Shown here: piece after piece, positions 61,475 through 64,000 of the stretch
Position numbering within the stretch: the first letter of the stretch is position 1
Layout of the letters: the number at the start of each line of letters is the position of its first letter
Source of the DNA: Hormiphora californensis
Lineage: Eukaryota; Animalia; Ctenophora
Direction: 5' to 3'
Length of the DNA: 64,000 nucleotides
Assembly (NCBI GenBank): GCA_020137815.1
Contig: CM035358.1
Span: 6,138,001 to 6,202,000 of the forward strand
Position numbers and translations under genes: made by a program
The notes under the pieces: model-generated
What the model saw: the letters and a program-made list of their open reading frames with translations, nothing else
Database searches by the model: none
Told to the model about the DNA's origin: nothing

Positions 61475-63799
61475 ATCAGGCATTTTGTTATACTATGACA
61501 TACATTTTGTAATACTAGTTTAATTTAATAAACGCGAATTGAAGATTCACGGACTTTATAAATCGTAGGTACTAGGTAGCCTCATAGTAATCGTAGACAA
61601 CCAATCGCGGATAACTTATCAGTTATCAATCCGTTATAAGTTATCGCGATTAGTTATCGCGATTAGCTATCGCGATTAGCTATCTGCGATTAGCTATCCG
61701 CGATTGGATTTGGTTACTATTATATTACTTATTTCGCGACAAGTTATCGTGGTTAGTTATCCGCAATTGGTTCTCCGCGATTGGTTCTCCGTGATTATTC
61801 TATGATTTTGATTATCATAGTCACGGATAATGATCACGAATACGCATTAATAATCATTGACATTGTAATTTGCTCGTTTCTAGGTGTTTTTTAATCGTCT
61901 TAAATATAACATAGTAATAACTCTAGATATGACTACGAATAACCCCTAAAATTGTAACAGACCACCTAATTCTACAAAATATGCCTGATGCAATAAAAAT
62001 CGCCCCTTTCTAGATGTTTTTGAAAATCGTCTTATATCTAAGACAGTCATAACTCTAGATATGACTACCAATTTTCACTGAAAATGCGGCAGTAAGCCTA
62101 ATTTTATAAAACAAATCTGATTCAATGTTAATTTAGACTCTGAATCGCTTCTTTGTAGGTGTTTTTAAAATCGTCTTAAATTTAAGACAGTCATAAATAT
62201 AGATATGACTACCAATTATATCTGAAAATACAGCAGTTAACCAACGTTGGAAAAACATGTATGATAAAATCATGATTTATAGTTTAATTTGCTCTTTTCT
62301 AAGTTTTTTTGAAAATCGTCTTAATACAGTAAGATGCCCATAACTGAAGAACCGTAACTCGGATTTGCTTGAAATTTTAAACGTTTGTTCAAGATGTCAA
62401 GGCAACACCACGTACCAAGCGGCGTATTCGTAAAACGATGGGAAGGCCGTCTTAATTGCCAAAGAAAACTTAAGACAGTCATAACTTTTGTTATGACTGT
62501 CCGTTTTCTCTGTCCAAGCTTTAATACAAGGTTCACCACTAGACCTACCATCTCCCAAAGTTTCATGGTGATAGCTTTAAAACTGTGGCCTCCATCGTGT
62601 ACGCAAAAAAGTCGTACAATCAAGGTCGTTAGTCACGCTAAAAACGGACATTTTGTCTAAAATACGACCATCTGTAGCACAAAAACCGTAACTCCGATTT
62701 GCATGAAATTTTGAACGTGTGCTCTAGGTGTCAAGGCAACACGAACTACCAAGCGGCATGTTCGTAGTACAACGGGAAGGTTGTCTAAAACAAAGTTGAA
62801 ATTGCCGATTTCAGACAATAAGTATAGTAGCGCTGTCACAATTTTCAAAAATTTTCAAAAATTCTCAAAAAAATTTTTTCCCGCAATTTCGATTTTCCTT
62901 TTACTGGGAGTAAAGATGCTTGTTAGAGGGACAATTTTTGGGGAAATGATGGTTGGGGGAAGGGAGGATTGGGCCCCGGGCGCTTGCCAGCGCTATGATA
63001 CGATGTTGTTGGTTGTAACTGTTAAGTTTCAATGACTTCCTGTTGTTGCTGCATGAGTTAGCTTGTTTTGCATAGACGCAGTGTTATAGGTAGACGATAT
63101 GTCCGTGTACTACAGCAGTTAATCTACCGGGGGAGATGGATGGATAATATTTTGAGTAATTAGCTGGGATTGATAACTGAAGTAGGAGCTCGATCGGGCC
63201 ATAGAACAAACAGATGGGCCTCCCTCCATTTTAACGGTTTGGATCACTAAAGTGATCGTTAAACGGTCGCTTTGATCAATTGATTAACGATCGTTGAACG
63301 ACTGTCGATCGCTTGACTAAACTCTTGCTTCGTCGAACTAAATTCTGGTAGGGTATCTGTAATCTTGCCTCGCTCAACCCTCTCTTACTAAAGGAGAGTT
63401 CGAACAACTGTGATCTCTATCTGCGACCTCTTATTGAGTCATTGAGATCATAATATTATCCGGTTTTTAGTCTCCTGTCATTTTGTAGACTGTTTTAGAA
63501 AAGAGACAGCAATTTTTCATCATTTGCTTATATATATTCTCGCTTATTATAGTCACCTATTCAAAGCTCTGGTTCATTCATTATGATAAAACTCATGGTA
63601 CCCAGCCCCCAGCATACCTCACTAGCCGGTCTCACTATGGGTCCAACACAGTCTCTTTATCTCTCTCTTGTGACTATATAGACTGTCTGTTAAGGAGCTG
63701 ACTCTTATACAATGGGCTGACAGACCCATATCACAATCAGATTATTTGTCAGAACAATCATTTGTCTGACAAATAGTGATAGAAAGTGGGAGATAGATA

Positions 63800-63841
<42 letters not shown>

Positions 63842-63842
<1 letters not shown>

Positions 63843-64000
63843 TAATCCAAAAACCAAACAAGTTTGGTGGACAGCCGGGGCCGCAGAAATTTAAAATCGT
63901 GCGAAAGTTTTGATACATGACCTTTCGGGGCCTGGGTGCTGTTAAATTCGCGTTTCCATGATTATAACCAATAACATTTTCAACTATAACGCCAGGAAAA
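63842..64000. mobile_element. Left end of a second copy of the 61030 MITE (cut by the window edge)
   Basis: Near identity to 61031-61190. Confidence 0.88.

Overview
This is eukaryotic, intron-rich and repeat-rich animal DNA. The gene architecture and repeat content suggest a ctenophore such as Pleurobrachia; that assignment is an inference and was not tested. Genes reconstructed by hand, in order: the 3' end of eRF1 (+); a 16-exon coiled-coil, TSNAXIP1-like gene (-, 5363-25038); a class I sirtuin with a long disordered tail (-); PSMB2 (+); a Nova-like KH protein (+); a glutaredoxin-DEP-DUF547 gene (+, frameshifted); a C2H2 zinc-finger gene (+); POLA2 (+); and the 3' half of fructose-1,6-bisphosphatase (-), which has two tRNA-Asp genes and an intron-containing tRNA-Tyr inside one intron. 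Introns and intergenic DNA hold MITEs, foldback palindromes, a truncated CR1/L2-type LINE and an ORF1-only retroelement. Three observations stand out. (1) The eRF1 3' end has a leaky TGA-CAA stop, a 3'UTR intron and a second in-frame stop beyond the junction, which matches a readthrough/NMD autoregulatory layout. (2) A two-exon, 57-aa secreted peptide precursor (neuropeptide-like) is nested antisense in an intron and is missed by the ORF track. (3) Across the window, intronic tandem repeats are amplified copies of the adjacent splice donor, branch point or acceptor. All exon models are manual and unverified by RNA data, and some stretches look like low-quality consensus.
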